Below are positions 63,536 to 64,000 of a DNA stretch of 64,000 bases, in pieces. The notes beneath the pieces were generated by a model. That model was not told the origin of the DNA, ran no database searches, and worked only from the letters and a program-made list of their open reading frames with translations. Made by a program: the position numbers and the translations under genes. Numbering within the stretch: position 1 is the stretch's first letter; each line of letters starts with the position of its first letter. Origin of the DNA: Eledone cirrhosa (Eukaryota); assembly GCA_964016885.1 (NCBI GenBank), contig OZ024748.1, positions 930,001-994,000 on the forward strand. The letters run 5' to 3'.

Positions 63536-64000
63536 CATTGAAGGTTTTTATTCTTAAATGCTAGAGGGTTAATAATGGAAAAATCAGTTATTACTAAATT
63601 CCTCCAAATTCTTGATTATTTTTGAAAGTCTTAAGCAATTTCTTTCATTAGAAATACGGAAATAGAATTGCTCTCGTTAATTAGAATCCAATTAACCAAG
63701 TAAAATAATCCACCAGCCCCTCTCTCTCTCACCTGATTATTGATGCCACTGCTGCCAACACCAACCAATCCACCCTCGACCCACCTGCCCATACCTAAAA
63801 ACACACACACATAAACCTTAGTTATCTCCCCTTCCTCACCCACACTCCACCAGCTCTAAGATAGATAACCGGAAGTCAGTAATAATAAAAAGAGTATTTG
63901 TTCTCCAGTAATAAACAGTGTTGCTATTTTAACCAGCCATGTTAGCAAAGCTGTTCACCATGAAGGTCAGCTGCCAGGGCTGAGTGTTTGTACAAAGAAA

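Overview
AT-rich, repeat-dense animal genomic DNA, probably from an octopus or other coleoid cephalopod (inferred from the tRNA/CORE-type SINEs, RTE LINEs and very long (TA)n tracts). The only host gene I can support is on the + strand: two large terminal coding exons (52475-54015 and 54799-58906) that splice in frame and encode the C-terminal part of a GPATCH8/ZNF804-family protein. I did not find the G-patch or C2H2 exons, so most of the first 52 kb is probably one long intron. That stretch holds RTE LINEs with a PHD finger inside the RT, Penelope-like (Naiad-type) GIY-YIG fragments, two Tc1/mariner relics, hAT, piggyBac and pogo MITEs, several SINE families and kilobase-long microsatellites. 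Most long ORFs in the track are translations of those microsatellites. The main unexplained structure is a set of long near-perfect fold-back palindromes and inverted repeats (about 0.1-0.45 kb), usually next to (TA)n tracts. Most carry intact or decayed minimal type I hammerhead ribozyme motifs, often one per strand, and two such motifs lie downstream of Penelope ORF fragments. There is also a candidate recursive splice site at 13396/13397.
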